47,946 bases of DNA, taken from contig NC_068982.1 in assembly GCF_001194135.2 (NCBI RefSeq), positions 103,235,345 to 103,283,290 on the forward strand, read 5' to 3'. This DNA comes from Octopus bimaculoides (lineage: Eukaryota). Positions 8,376 to 21,500 of the stretch are shown one piece after another. Under the pieces are notes generated by a model. The model did no database searches. It was not told where the DNA came from and saw nothing but the letters and a program-made list of their open reading frames with translations. The translations under genes and the position numbers were made by a program. Each line of letters starts with the position of its first letter. The stretch's first letter is position 1.

Positions 8376-10988
8376 AAAAGCTTCAACAAGCTCCATCTGG
8401 TTCATACAAGTGAACATCCAAATGTTGATGCTTCAGTTTGCCAAGATGAAAATCTCACTTCATGGCTTAGTGGTTTATCTGTAGAAATGACATCCTGCTT
8501 TAGAAACATACTGCAGCAATGGACGGTACCAATCATGCAAACGTGGTGAAAATGAAAGGCATTTTTTTTTTCTTTTTGAATCCAGTATTTTGAGAATAAA
8601 TAAAATCACATCAGTAAACACCAACCACCATTCTTGGCTATCACACATGCATACACAATATTATATACTGAATTTAAGAACTACATTAATTTAATTCCTT
8701 GAATCTTGAGTGTTTATTAAAAAAAAATAAACTTCCAAACGAGAGTAAAATTTGAACAAGAAAATGATAACAATTAATAATTCTAATAGATGTTTCAATA
8801 TTTTTTTTTTGTTTTTTTAATATTTCACCCACACCTCTTCCCCTAAACTTCATATGCAACAAATTGTCATTGGATATAAGAGAGTTAAAACAATGGTGAA
8901 ATGTCAGATCACAAAGCAGAGGATTATCTGAGCAAGTTATTTAGCAAACAAACAAAAGGGTTTCGTTCACAGACTCACTCTTTAAACACATTGAAATGTT
9001 GGGCAAAACTAGAGATGAACAAAAATGGTACCTGCCTCTCTGCAAGGGAGGGTGTATATGTGTGTAGTATGTGCAACATTCATCTTTATCTATTCAATCC
9101 AATTAGAATGACATAGCATTTCTCATTATGTCTTTATATTATGGAGAATAAAAAAAAATTATTATCTCAAAATTTACTTAAGTTAAATGAAGGACTACTA
9201 TACACTTAAACATATCACAAGGAGTGTAAAGTTAGGCATATCCTAAGACCTAGTATTTGAATAAATTAGCACTATTGCAAAGAATAGTCACTGCCATATA
9301 ATTTATAAAATTCTAGTGATAAAAATAAAAAGCTATTTAAATATTTTCAACCATGTAAAAACTATTCAATCCAAGAAAAGCATTAAAAAAAAAAAAAAAA
9401 GAATCATAGAAAGCTAACGAGATTACCTCAATGATACAGAAATCAAAGAAGCAGCGGCTGTCTTCAGAAGGTAATTTACAAAATTGAATGTCAGATACAG
9501 AACAAGTAACAAAATGAGTCGAGTTTTGTCCTAATTTAATGGCAGGCTTTTTTATCAAGAAGTATAAAAAGTAGATGTTATAATTAGCCTCAAGTCAAAC
9601 AGCCTTATAATCAAAAGCACCCAACCATCCTATCTTTTAGGAGAGATTTGGCTGTTATATCTAGCAAACCAAGCAACCATGTACAGGATCCATCATTGAC
9701 TTATGAACATAATAATAATGGAGACAGGTAAATATAACTGAGTCTCTGTAGAAATGTGTATATATTGAATATTTGGAACAATCCTTTATCTGAGAAGACC
9801 ATTCTCAAGTTCACTGAAAACAATGACATTCATACCAAATAAATATAAACAATTTTTTAATAAGTCATTATTTTCAACTAACCTGACCATTAAATGCTTG
9901 AACAGATGTTTCGGCATTTAATTATTGTAAATGATCTGATATAACAAAAAGTATACAAGTCAGTTGTTTCCAATCAAATCATCCCTGAAGCACATGATAA
10001 ACATACCCTTAACAAATTGAGAGATTCATGCAACATTGTTTCCAGGGTTTCAGACCCAAAACTTGTAGAGAATAGTATGCATACTCTGTTAGAGTATATC
10101 CAACGTTGTGTCTAAGAGGCAAGATGATGAAAGTGATCACCAATAACTGACAGATATCACTTTTGAGAAATTACAAAGACTCAGCACATGCACTTGCATG
10201 CAAAAATACATCCACCTGTATAGACTGAGCATTATCTTCACCCCATGCAGATTGGGATGTCTGTTTTGATAGATCCAACTGCACTAGATTGTAGAGCTGC
10301 TAAAGGGGTAGAATGTCTGGTAAGGTTTCAGTGAAGTTTAGGTTGCCTGCTACTTCATTTTACAAAGTACTAACAGAAACCATAGTGCATCTATATGTGA
10401 CTTGGCCAGCTATGTAATCTTCTACTCTAACTGGACAACTGGATTACTTTGGTCTTTATCAGTTGTCTGTCAAGTGTTCACTGCTAGCCAAACACCTGTT
10501 CAGTGACCACCACAACAAAATCAAGTAGTAGCTCTTATACTTCAAATGTTTTCCAATGGCAGCAAGTGGCCACCACATCCTCCAAGGAAGTGAAGAAGAT
10601 ATGTAACAGAAGCACAGCAGGAAACAGTAAAGCCATGTGCATGGAAACAGGCCAACCACAACAGATACATATCATAACAAAACAAATATCTGCCAATACC
10701 TTACACCAGAGCAACAGCACACAAACCATGATTTGTGTAAGGACATGTTCTACAAGATGCTTGCTCGTATGGCAACAACATACACACATAGCTGAAGCAA
10801 TCTGAATGTTCTAACTAGTCCATTTCTTGAAGATAGAGGTCCATTTTGCCAAAATTGCCCTTACAAACAGTCAACACCATATAAACCTACTGCATATAAA
10901 CATTCTACACACATAAATATCTCCTCAAGTTATAAATAAGAAAACAAAAATTTAATTTCTTACACATGCCAAATGAGTAACTAGACTA

Positions 10989-11180
10989 GTTATTCTTATT
11001 TAGCCTTGGGTCAGCTCAGCATTCCAACTTTGAACCACTCATCTTTTTCCTAGACAAGTAAAAGATGACATTATTCAATACATCCTTCTCTCTTTAAAAA
11101 GCTAATGTGTAGTTTGAGAGGGTTGGTTGTTATTTCTAGCTGCTTGAGCAACCATATAACAGCTCTCTTGTTAATGTTTG
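10989..11180 (-). mobile_element. Short interspersed repeat family C with 9-bp TSD
   Basis: TTTAGCCTTGGGTCAGC...GGTTGTTATTTCTAGCTGCTTGAGCAACCAT, related to copies at ~9610, 31890, 35040, 35490, 39090 and 45860; flanked by ACTAGACTA at 10980-10988 and 11181-11189. Confidence 0.65.
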
Positions 11181-11997
11181 ACTAGACTAAGAGAGTGAGT
11201 AAGTGAACCATGGACTAGTAAAACAAGGAGTTGGACCATGGACTAATACAATGAGTAACTAGACTATGAGCAATGGACTAGTTTGCAGTACTAGGGGATA
11301 TTTTTTTTAACTGTTTTATAAATTTGGAATTCTTATAGAAATGTTTCATAGCTACATATGATATAGCAGATGTATATAAACTAACACAACTTTAATAAGG
11401 TAAAACATACCCATACATGTGAATACAATGGTAGAACTGGTAAACATTGACCCAGAAAACAATAAGGCAAGAAGTGTATTATCTATATTTTATGTATTTA
11501 ACTTTTTAAAAAATTATTTAAATTAATTCGAACACACTCAGACATGTGCATATGTAAGCATATATACACATGCACATTCATAAGTAGATGTGTATATACA
11601 TACATGCATGTGTTTATGTGCGCAGACATAATATACATAAATAGTATGTAAGTAGACACACATCTGTATTTATATGTACATATAGGTATACATAGTTTTC
11701 CCAAAACAGATGCAGTATTTTTTTTAATTTAAAATTTAGAAATTCATTCAGGACCTTTTATTGTTGCTGTTGTTGCTGCATACCTTTTTTGCTTGTTTAA
11801 AAAAAAAAACAAAAAAAAATCAACAGTATGATTTCTTGCTAGCCCAATATTCAAATAAATGATAATCCTGCATCAGTCTTTTTACAATTTTGCAGACAGA
11901 TGTTACCTTTATTATTTCTCTCTCTTTCTCTCACTCTTTCTCTCACTCTCTCTCTCTTGTCAAAAAGATTAGTTTATGTAGTTATTGGCCAGGTTTA

Positions 11998-12548
11998 TCA
12001 CCTTGATGAAGCATGAACTGGAATCTGGTTAACTTTCTGTGAACTAAAATACTTCTCATTTGTTTTTTGAGAGATGAAAAACTTAAAAAATTCATATACA
12101 GACCACGAAATAGCAGTGGCTGGTATCTGGAATATGACTCTAGCTACAACACCTCGGAAGTAACCACGGACTCCGCGGTATTCGTAAACAGTCCGAAAAG
12201 CTGTACCCAAACCTGAGATATAAGGTGAATGCTTTCTTGCGCAATGTTCTTGAGTGTTCAGTAAAGTCTTGCAGACATCCAGAGGCATTGTAAGAATGGC
12301 TGCTAAGGCACCAGCTAATGCACCAGATGCCATGTGAGATTTAGGATCATATTTACGTTCCTTGTTAAATAAATCTTGTGAATAGTCATATGTCATAAAG
12401 TGGATCACTTGGAAGGGTACATTCATAGTTAGTTGAGTTGGATAACTACGATAAAAGGCTCGCACACCTTCCTGTTTTAAAATGACAAAAACACAGTGAG
12501 AACAGTTCCGATATGGACTATTGAACATTTGCATTCTTTGTTTAATCA
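11998..12548 (-). CDS. mfrn: Mitoferrin exon 4 (terminal coding exon)
   Basis: Acceptor CTCCTCAAAG|TG at 12549/12548 completes GTG (Val) giving NPAD-V-IKQRMQ; ends PVHASSR then TGA (11998-12000) followed by TAA. Confidence 0.95.
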
Positions 12549-15500
12549 CTTTGAGGAGAATATCATCGTGCCAGCAGATCAGGAGCAAATGGAAAAGAGA
12601 AAAAGAAAATTGAAAAAACATTAATAAAATTGAAATACAATTTGAAAATGCTTATTACAATAAATATTTATCATTGGTACAAGGTTATATAAATTTGTAG
12701 GTGAAGGGATCAATTGAACTGATGTTAGTAGATTTCTATTCATCTTGGGTCAAATTAGTGCAGTATATATCCTTTTCCAAATTTAGCTTAGTCTCTAGTG
12801 CAAAAAAGGTTAGTGAACTTTTAAGATGTAGTTCAGTTTTGACAAGGTGGGGTCCCACTAATGCCCTTTTCCTAGTTAACCAATCCAAATGTTTGGCTGA
12901 CCAGCATTCCATGTTGTGTAGTTGCTAAGTAAACTAGGGATAGACAAATAGTTTATGAGTCATGAAGCCATCTAGAGAAGTGCAGTCAATAAGGTCATGG
13001 TTAGCAAGAGGTCAATGCTAATTGGTATAATTCAAAACTCAGTTCCCATCTATCATAACAGGTTGTTCATGGGAACTCTTGCATGTTAATGACCTATTTC
13101 TCAGAGCTAATAAGTCAAAGATTTATAGAAAAACTTCCAAACTTCTAAACAAGCCTAGAATTAGGAGGCCTCAAAGTAAACCTAGGAAAGAGGACTCTAT
13201 GTCCATCAAGAAAGTTGACATGCTTGATAAGCAGAAAAGGAGTAGATTGGGATTTTAACAAAGCAGCTAGTGTAAACTATAGATGCACATGAGGTGTAGT
13301 GGCATCACAGATAGATTTTGTATGTAACAGATACACAGGAGTAGTTAACAGTAAGAGTATGTGGCATAAACTCCTTCAAATAGTCAGAAGGCTTATTGAA
13401 GTAAACAGTTTCTCTTATTTAGGTGATCCAATAAGCACTGGAGGTAGGCATTTTGAAAGCATAGTTGTTGGAATAAGAACAGGATAGAAAAAGTTCAAAG
13501 AGCTAGTACCTCTGTTGATAACAAAGAGCTTCTCTCAGAATGAAGGACATTGTACAATGCTAGTGTACAGAGGATTTGCATTGATTGGAATGAAATAAGG
13601 CAAGCATGCTCAACTGGATGTTCAATATTAATGTACATGGACAACGGGGCACAAATGACAGAAAGTCAGGGTACAAAGAGAAACAAGAAGTAGTGTGCAA
13701 AAGAGAAGAATACAATGATACATACATGTGATGCATATGAAGGATAGCAGTTGTATAAATAAAAAAAATGTGAGCACTCCATGAGGATGGAATGTGAACG
13801 AGGAAGACTAAAGAAAACAGAGGATGAAGTTGCTAAGACTAATCTCAAGAGGTTGAACTTCACAAAGGAGAAAACAAAAGGTTGCAACTTTGAGTGTTAA
13901 TCCACCTAAATTATATAAGCATGGAGAAACATGTAAAAGTGATGGTAGTGGAGATGGTCTCTCTCTCTCTCAGCCACAAGTCTCCATACCATTCTTCTCT
14001 CTTCATTACTCTCTTATTTATCACTTACACTCCTAATGTGTAACAAGAGGTTATCACTCACTCGCTCAGGTTCTCTTTCATGTTTCACTCCATCTCTTCT
14101 ATTTGCTGGGATTAGGACAGTTCAGACTCTAGAATTACCAGGGTCAAAACAATCTCTCCAATGGTGCTAGCATGATGCAATGCACCTAGTACACTGAAGT
14201 ATTTAGCAATAGGAAAGACATCTAACCTTAGAAACTATTCCAAAAATGGAATGAACAAGTGAGATGTAGCCCTTAGAGCAGTAGCTCTATACAAAGACTC
14301 AGACTGTGATACTTGTAAAACCCAAACCTGCATGGAAAATTGGACATAAAAATGATGACTATTTACTTTCTCATCTGATGTCTGTCATTGGTGGGGAGGC
14401 AGATTAATCTGTGCAACCTTTTTAACATACTACCATTATATTAAATTTAGAGTTATACCAATTATCCCATCTTAGTAGGGTTTTAATATTTATATGAAAA
14501 CTGCTATAGTTATAGCTTCATATCAGCCATAAACAGGTCAGTGGTAAGGAATGTATTTTACTAATGTTTACTAATGTCATAAACACAATTATACAACCAA
14601 TGTGCCAGTACAACACTTAATATTATCTACAAAATACAAGTGTCAATAGATTTTAGATTTTATTCATCCTGTCTGCACACTATCAACAGAATTTAATGTG
14701 ATAAGATTAGGGATAACAGCATCTTTAATCAAAGCCCAGTTCAGCTGTATCAATGATATGGTGCATGCGGGATAGTCAAGAATACACTAGAAACCCTATA
14801 CAAAAACACCATCTACTGTTTTAAAGAAAACTGAGAGGAGAATTTCAAACACATGTGAATACTGCTAAGCTTTAAGATTCACTCCTACTAAAACTACCCT
14901 TCACTTAAGTTGCAAAGTACAAGACATTAAATGTATTAATACAAAACAAAACTGTAGCAGTGAGACATGGCAGCAATAAACATGTGTACTAAAGTAGACA
15001 CATGTATTGCTAAAAATCAAACCTTTGGCTTACAAAATACATCATATCAGACAAAATAAAAATGTACAATATTTATTTAAAAGCTCAAAAGTGACAACCA
15101 ACAAAAAAAATTAAGAGTGGCAGATAAGCAAACTGATGCAGTATAACATTTCTAGTTGAAGTAGTAGTGGTTTACCTCAAGTCACTAGTGAAGCAAAAGT
15201 AATGTACCCAAGGTTAAAAATACTTAACTTTCAAAAGCAAAAGCAAAGTGTGCCTACTAGTGAATAGTTACCACTAGATAAGTTCAAGCTAACTGCTGGA
15301 AACATTAAGAGCACTCTAAAATTGACAAGTCTTTTGTCAACTTTACACAGAGTTCAATTGCTTTGGTGGGTAAAGCTAGGGGAGAGATGGATTCAAACTG
15401 AATGGCATACCCTAAAATACAACGATTAATGGCATGGCTCTTCGTGTGAGTCAAAGAGTTATGTCCCTTCTTCATCGCATAATTTAACAGGCACTAGCAG

Positions 15501-18500
15501 TGAGGTTCCTGTATATTTCAAACTTCATGGTTGAAACTTATTTCCATAACACCAGTTTATGCATATATATATATTCCTCACTTCCTATGATACAGGTACA
15601 GAGATTCTTTGAGTTGAAATTCAAATCATGCTTCATGATTTGAATTAAACTTTGATTAAACCTTTTTCACTGAATACTTGAAATACTTGGCTAATTAACC
15701 AACTGCTGTTTTGTCTTATTACTGCAAAACTTTTCTTCCTAGTATGTAAGAAAACTAGATTGACACAGAGTGGAACAAAATAATCCCTGCAGCATAAATG
15801 AATGACTGAATGCAGGATCTTTTTTTCTCTTAATGAATCACTGAGTAAAAATAGAGAGACGATTCTTTAACCCTTTAGTATTCACATTATTCTGTCAAAA
15901 GTAATGCTTAATTAGTCACATTGTTTTGAATTAATCATGCATTATCTTGTAGATTTGAGATTTTGATGAGGTTACAGTTAGTTTTTAGAATGACATAGGG
16001 TTGGTGTGAGAGGACAAATCTGGCCACTTTGTTCATAAAACAGGTAGAATATTTTGGCCAGTTTAAATGCTAAAGGGTTAAATATAGCTCTAAACATAAC
16101 AATGTAGAAAATAATAGGTGGTGACCATAGAGTGATAAGGAAGTTAGATAATTATATCTGTTTAATAAACAAATAAAACCATTTAATGTTTATCAACAAC
16201 AAATAATGCTCACCATCAGCTGGATTCATTACAGCATCATGCAGAAGAGTTGCTCCACAAGCAGCAAAGACTGAAGAGTAAAATGAAATATAATTATAAT
16301 TAAAAAGAGGAAAATGGCATCTTAGGATGCAGTATAACAACAAATCCAAAGCCTGAATGTTTTTAAGTATCACCCAATGCTCGTTAATAAATTAAAAAGA
16401 GAATTTTATTGCATAACCTTAACAATCAATTCCATTATATTTACTGTCAAGATTACAATGGAATTAATTGTGTACTTAGGTTTTGCAAGAAATGTTTTTC
16501 AGTACAAAAGTAAAATAGAAATATCAAAATTTGTCTTCCTGCTGTTATCGATGATATCCAGTCCCATGTTTGAAAGAACAAATGATTAAAGGGCATTCCG
16601 GCTATGACCATCATGTCCTTTATTAGTTGACAGTGTATCTAGAATTAGCCAATGATGTATGCTTCCATTTATGAACTGGTATGGTGCATTGGATAAACAA
16701 GGAAATAATTATAATATTGTAGATATATTTTCTGCAATAGCATTAAAATTATGAAAATTTTATTTTCTGAAGAGTGGGTGATTTCTCTTATTTTTCAAGA
16801 TTAAATGTTCAATTATTTATCAAAAACAACAAATTTTTCCATCTTACTATTTATTCTGTTTTTAATTTGCCAATTCTAGTAAATTATTTAAAATAAAACT
16901 ATATCAGTGCAAAGTGTGACTGGTGTGCAAATGAAGATGAAGAGAAATTTTTTGCATTACAATCAATACAAAACAATACTTTGAACTAAATATTTAAAAT
17001 CAATTAACAAGAGAAGAACAATATATCAATAAATATTAGATGGTGCCAAGTTTTAGGCATAGTTAATTGAAATTGAAGAACGCTTTCTGCCTAGTGAAAA
17101 ACTAATGCTAGAAGAAATATCCACACTTTAAATTTATACTTCATCGAAACAGAGGCAATACACAAACACTCACAATAATAAACAAAGTCCCCGTATTAAA
17201 TACAAGCAAAGAATTATCTTGAACTATTGTAGATGTATTATATATTAAATAACAGTAAAATTATGGAAATTAATTTTTATAGAAATGCACATCTTTGAAA
17301 TTATTGCATTTTTCTAAAAAGGGATGGTTTTTCTAATTTAGATGATAATATATTTTAACATTTTGGCCTGCGCAGTATTTTTTTTTAAATAGGAGAAATA
17401 TTAATGTTCTCAGGCCTGAGCCCTCGAGTTTAACTTTACCCTCCACTCAGACTCCTGAGCAAATAAATAACTAGCTGCATATACAGCTCAAAGAGTAACA
17501 ACTGCTGGCAAACTAATGGGCAGAATCATAAAAAGAACTCAAGAAAATAGCAATAACAGGCCTATATTTCAACTACCATATTTGTTCACCCGAATTACTA
17601 CTTTCCTCATCACTTTCACCAGTTTGATTGTCCAAATCACTCTCATTGGCAGCATAATTGTAAACTCATCATCTGAAGAATAAATAGCACCAATAATTTC
17701 CTCAACTACAAAGAGTCTAGGCCTTGCTCATATACAAGATGAAGAACTAGGTTCATCACATGCTCATTTCATTGAAAAATCGTATTATTATTTTTTTTTT
17801 TTCTGATTAAAAACAACAGTAAACAACAGCTATTGGTGACACCATTAACAATGAGTCATAAACGACTTGACTACAAAGATGCAACATGATCGGTTGTCTG
17901 ACTTAAGTATTTTATCTTTTTCTACATATTCATTACTGCTTTAACAGGAATCTGGCAGAGACATCTATGCTATTCCTGCTATAGAGGGAACACAGCATGA
18001 CAGGGTTAATATAATATATTGATATAAAAGAAGAAATTTGACAAATATCTTTTCTTCTTCAAGTGAATCATTAAACTTGTAGCATAAATCATCTCACTTG
18101 ATATTTCTGGGTTTAATTCATGAACAAATTCTTTTCCGTTTATTTTAGAATATATAACTGGAGAGCTCTAGGATCAAAACGGAGCCTATATAGTGTGTAA
18201 AACATGCTGAAACACTGAGACAGTGACTATTTCAAATACTTAAGCAGAAAATCAAAGTTGGTGTGTTTGACAGGCCAGAGAGTAGATGGCTATTGCAAGA
18301 TGAGCAGTTTTTGGAGACCATAAACATCAAGGAGATAATATTTCAAGCTAGTGAGTGAGCACACCAGATAGAAATAGCAGCCAAATTTGCTTTGAATGAC
18401 ATCCTGCCAGTTAAATAAAAATGGAAAGATACATTGCACAATGTAGCCCCGGCAACACAAATAACTGAATGCTCACAACCAGAATGTTTTTGATTATAGA

Positions 18501-21500
18501 TGTTATTACTCAAGACTAACCTTATAGTTAAACAACTGAAGGCTTATCTTCATTAGTTTTCTTCTATGAAAAATAGAATGTACATATTACACTAGCAGCT
18601 AGTATAACATTTGGTAGTGCATAAGTTTTGTTAATTTACTCTCATAGTCCAGAAATTACATAGCCCATGTCATACTGCAGTATAATCTTGATAGCTTTGT
18701 TTCCTAACTGAATGTTTTATTAAATCTCACTCTAGATGGATGACAATCCACTTCTCAATAAGAGAGACTAGCAGGAGTGACAATAGATAATTAAAATAGC
18801 TACTAGGCTGACAATTCAAATATACTATAATTTAAAAAATAAGTTGTTTGTATTTTGATTTTACCAGCATAGAAATAAAAAGAAGTCTAGTGACAATATG
18901 TTGTGTGATGAATAATTAAGGAAAATATGCTAGCTTGTTTCTGCTTATCAAAACTAATTTTGTGTTGGAAAATGACACAGAACAAGTTTACAAACTAAGT
19001 ATAACATTTGTGAAATTCAATAGCAATGTTTTCTATCAATGTTCCAGGCATGAAATCACCATTTGTTCTAACACCAAGTTTGTTAAACTTACATTTCTAT
19101 GGCTTGATTTATCTATTTAGTCCTTTTTATTACCTTTACTTTGGCCATTATCTGTTGTCAACTACGAACCAGGTTTCACTCAAAATGCACCATTAAGTAT
19201 CCACACTAGCACAGAGATTCATATCACATGAGAGAAAAAAGAATGACATTTTGGTACTAACCTTTCATTCAAAAAAAGACTTTTCAATCAAAAAATCTTT
19301 TCTCTCAAATGAAGAGTCAGTCCTGAAGGGAACCTCTTCTCATGCCATATAAATTTATCCAAACTCATGAGTTTTGTTGGTGTAATTTTTACTGATACAG
19401 ACCACTACCAGTTTCTTTGGAGGTTTTCTTTTCTTTATTTACTAGCATAGGTGCAGACAGTACTGTGTAGTTAAGAAGCTCGCTTTACAACCACATAATT
19501 TCAGGTTCAGTCGAACTGCATGGTACCCTGTCTTCTACTATAGCTCTAGTCCTGCCAATGCCATGTGAGTGAATTTGGTAGACAGATACTGTATGGAAGT
19601 CCATTGTATGTGTGTGTGTACATGTGTGTAAGGAATTTCATTATGGCAACAGAGTGATTTTTAAAAGGTATGTAAAAGATAATTTATTTTAATAGCATGC
19701 TTTTCTGCTAATAAATGTTTTTTCTTACACACTTGGTGCAAGGTGAGGGTTAAAAATTTAAATTACAAAATTTTTTTTGTCATTGATACTTAAATCCCTG
19801 CAATAGGCCACTCTTGGGCTAAAAAAAAACCCCATTACTTCTGCATCATCATTCCATAAAATGTATTTATGGAGAGAAAAATATTGAAAGGCATCAATAC
19901 ATATCAGTGACAAAGAAACAAAGAAGGTACCACTTGGTCGTGGGTTGTGCCAAAAAACAGCTAAATCTCCCTTAAATCACACACCTTTGTGTTTGGAAAT
20001 TATCTTGAAATTATAAACAGAAACACATTGCAGATTCAGATTGTTTGTATTTTAAAATTGTTAAAAAGAAAATTTAGAGAAAAAAAAAGCCAAAATTTAA
20101 GGGTTTATTGAATTGGGGGGGGGGGATTAAAAATTTCACTTATACTTTTGCTGCAGTTGCGTCTGATTTCCTGGGAAACAATAAGTCATCAAATTATGAA
20201 GAACTTGTACAGACCCTGTTAACCAATTTTCAAGCATTGAGCTGCAAGTGTAAAAGAGCATTTCCTGCACAGTCATCTAGACTACTCCCTAAAAATCATA
20301 GTACAATAAGTAATGAGCAAAGAGAAAGATTCCAAGACATTGACCCCATGAAGACTAGGTATCAGGGCAGGTGGAACACAAACATGATGGTTGACTACTG
20401 CTGGTCTCTGCAAAGAGACTGTAGTGATGCAAGTTATTCATGCAAAGCAGTAATGAGAAAGCTCACTCCTTGATTAGCTGAAACTCCAGTTTGACATTAA
20501 TATCTATCCTAAGATATTGTAATTAAACATTTTGTGTAATATACATGTTATATAATAAAAACTATTATTTGGTTTGTTAGTTTATTATTTCAGTATTACA
20601 TTTAATGCCAAAACTGACATTTATTTGGTAAAAAATAAATTCCTGTTTAACAAGTGATTTCTGAGGGCATTTTTGACCCCCAAACCAGCAAATTAAGTAG
20701 GGCTAATTGTAAAAAGCAAGTCAACTAAAACTTTTTTGAAAATGTTCCCCAATGTTTTCAAATAATTAAACAAGCTGACCAGCCCTAACACTTACACATG
20801 AACAATACAATTTGTGCTTATTCAGAGAGTAAGCTGTAGATAGAAGAAAACTGACTGTAGATTTGAAATCAGCATGCCAATTTTAGTCTAAATCAAGTGA
20901 AAAAGCAAACTCAACAGAAACCATATTCAAAATTGTTGCCCTGTGTTATCAACACAGGAAGGATGAAAGGCAAAGGTGACCACAGAGCAATTTGAACTTA
21001 GAAAATAAAGAGCCAGAACAAATGCTACAAGGCATTTTTTTATTCAATGCTCCAACAACTCTGCCAACCACCCAATCTGATTTCACAAAGCTATTTATCT
21101 AACTAGATACTAACTAAAGTGATTTGACATGAGCTAAACATCTGTAACAGATGCTAAAAAATATATAGAAGTAAAGGTTATTCTTGAAACAATTATAAAT
21201 AATAGATTGTATTGGGTTGCAACAAAATGTGTATAGAAAGCTGTAGTTAAAAAAAATTCAGTCTAATTTCAAATCAAAGTCTTTTTGAGTAACAATGAAA
21301 GAACAATGCTTCAATGGATACTATACCAAACTATTTGATTGTTATGCAGAGTACAGCAACCAAGTTGATAAGACATTGGATATCTTGTTCTCACCACATG
21401 AATTTATGTTCTGCTACAAGATGTTGCATTGTGTTCAAGGCAAAACACAAACTTACTTGCTTAACACAATCTTGCTTGCTTAACAAATTATTATATAATT

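Noticed and set aside
12549-12621. N-terminal extension of the 207-aa ORF ([10 protein letters not shown]...)
   Set aside because: It is the intron 3 polypyrimidine tract read in frame; homology starts at VIKQRMQ.
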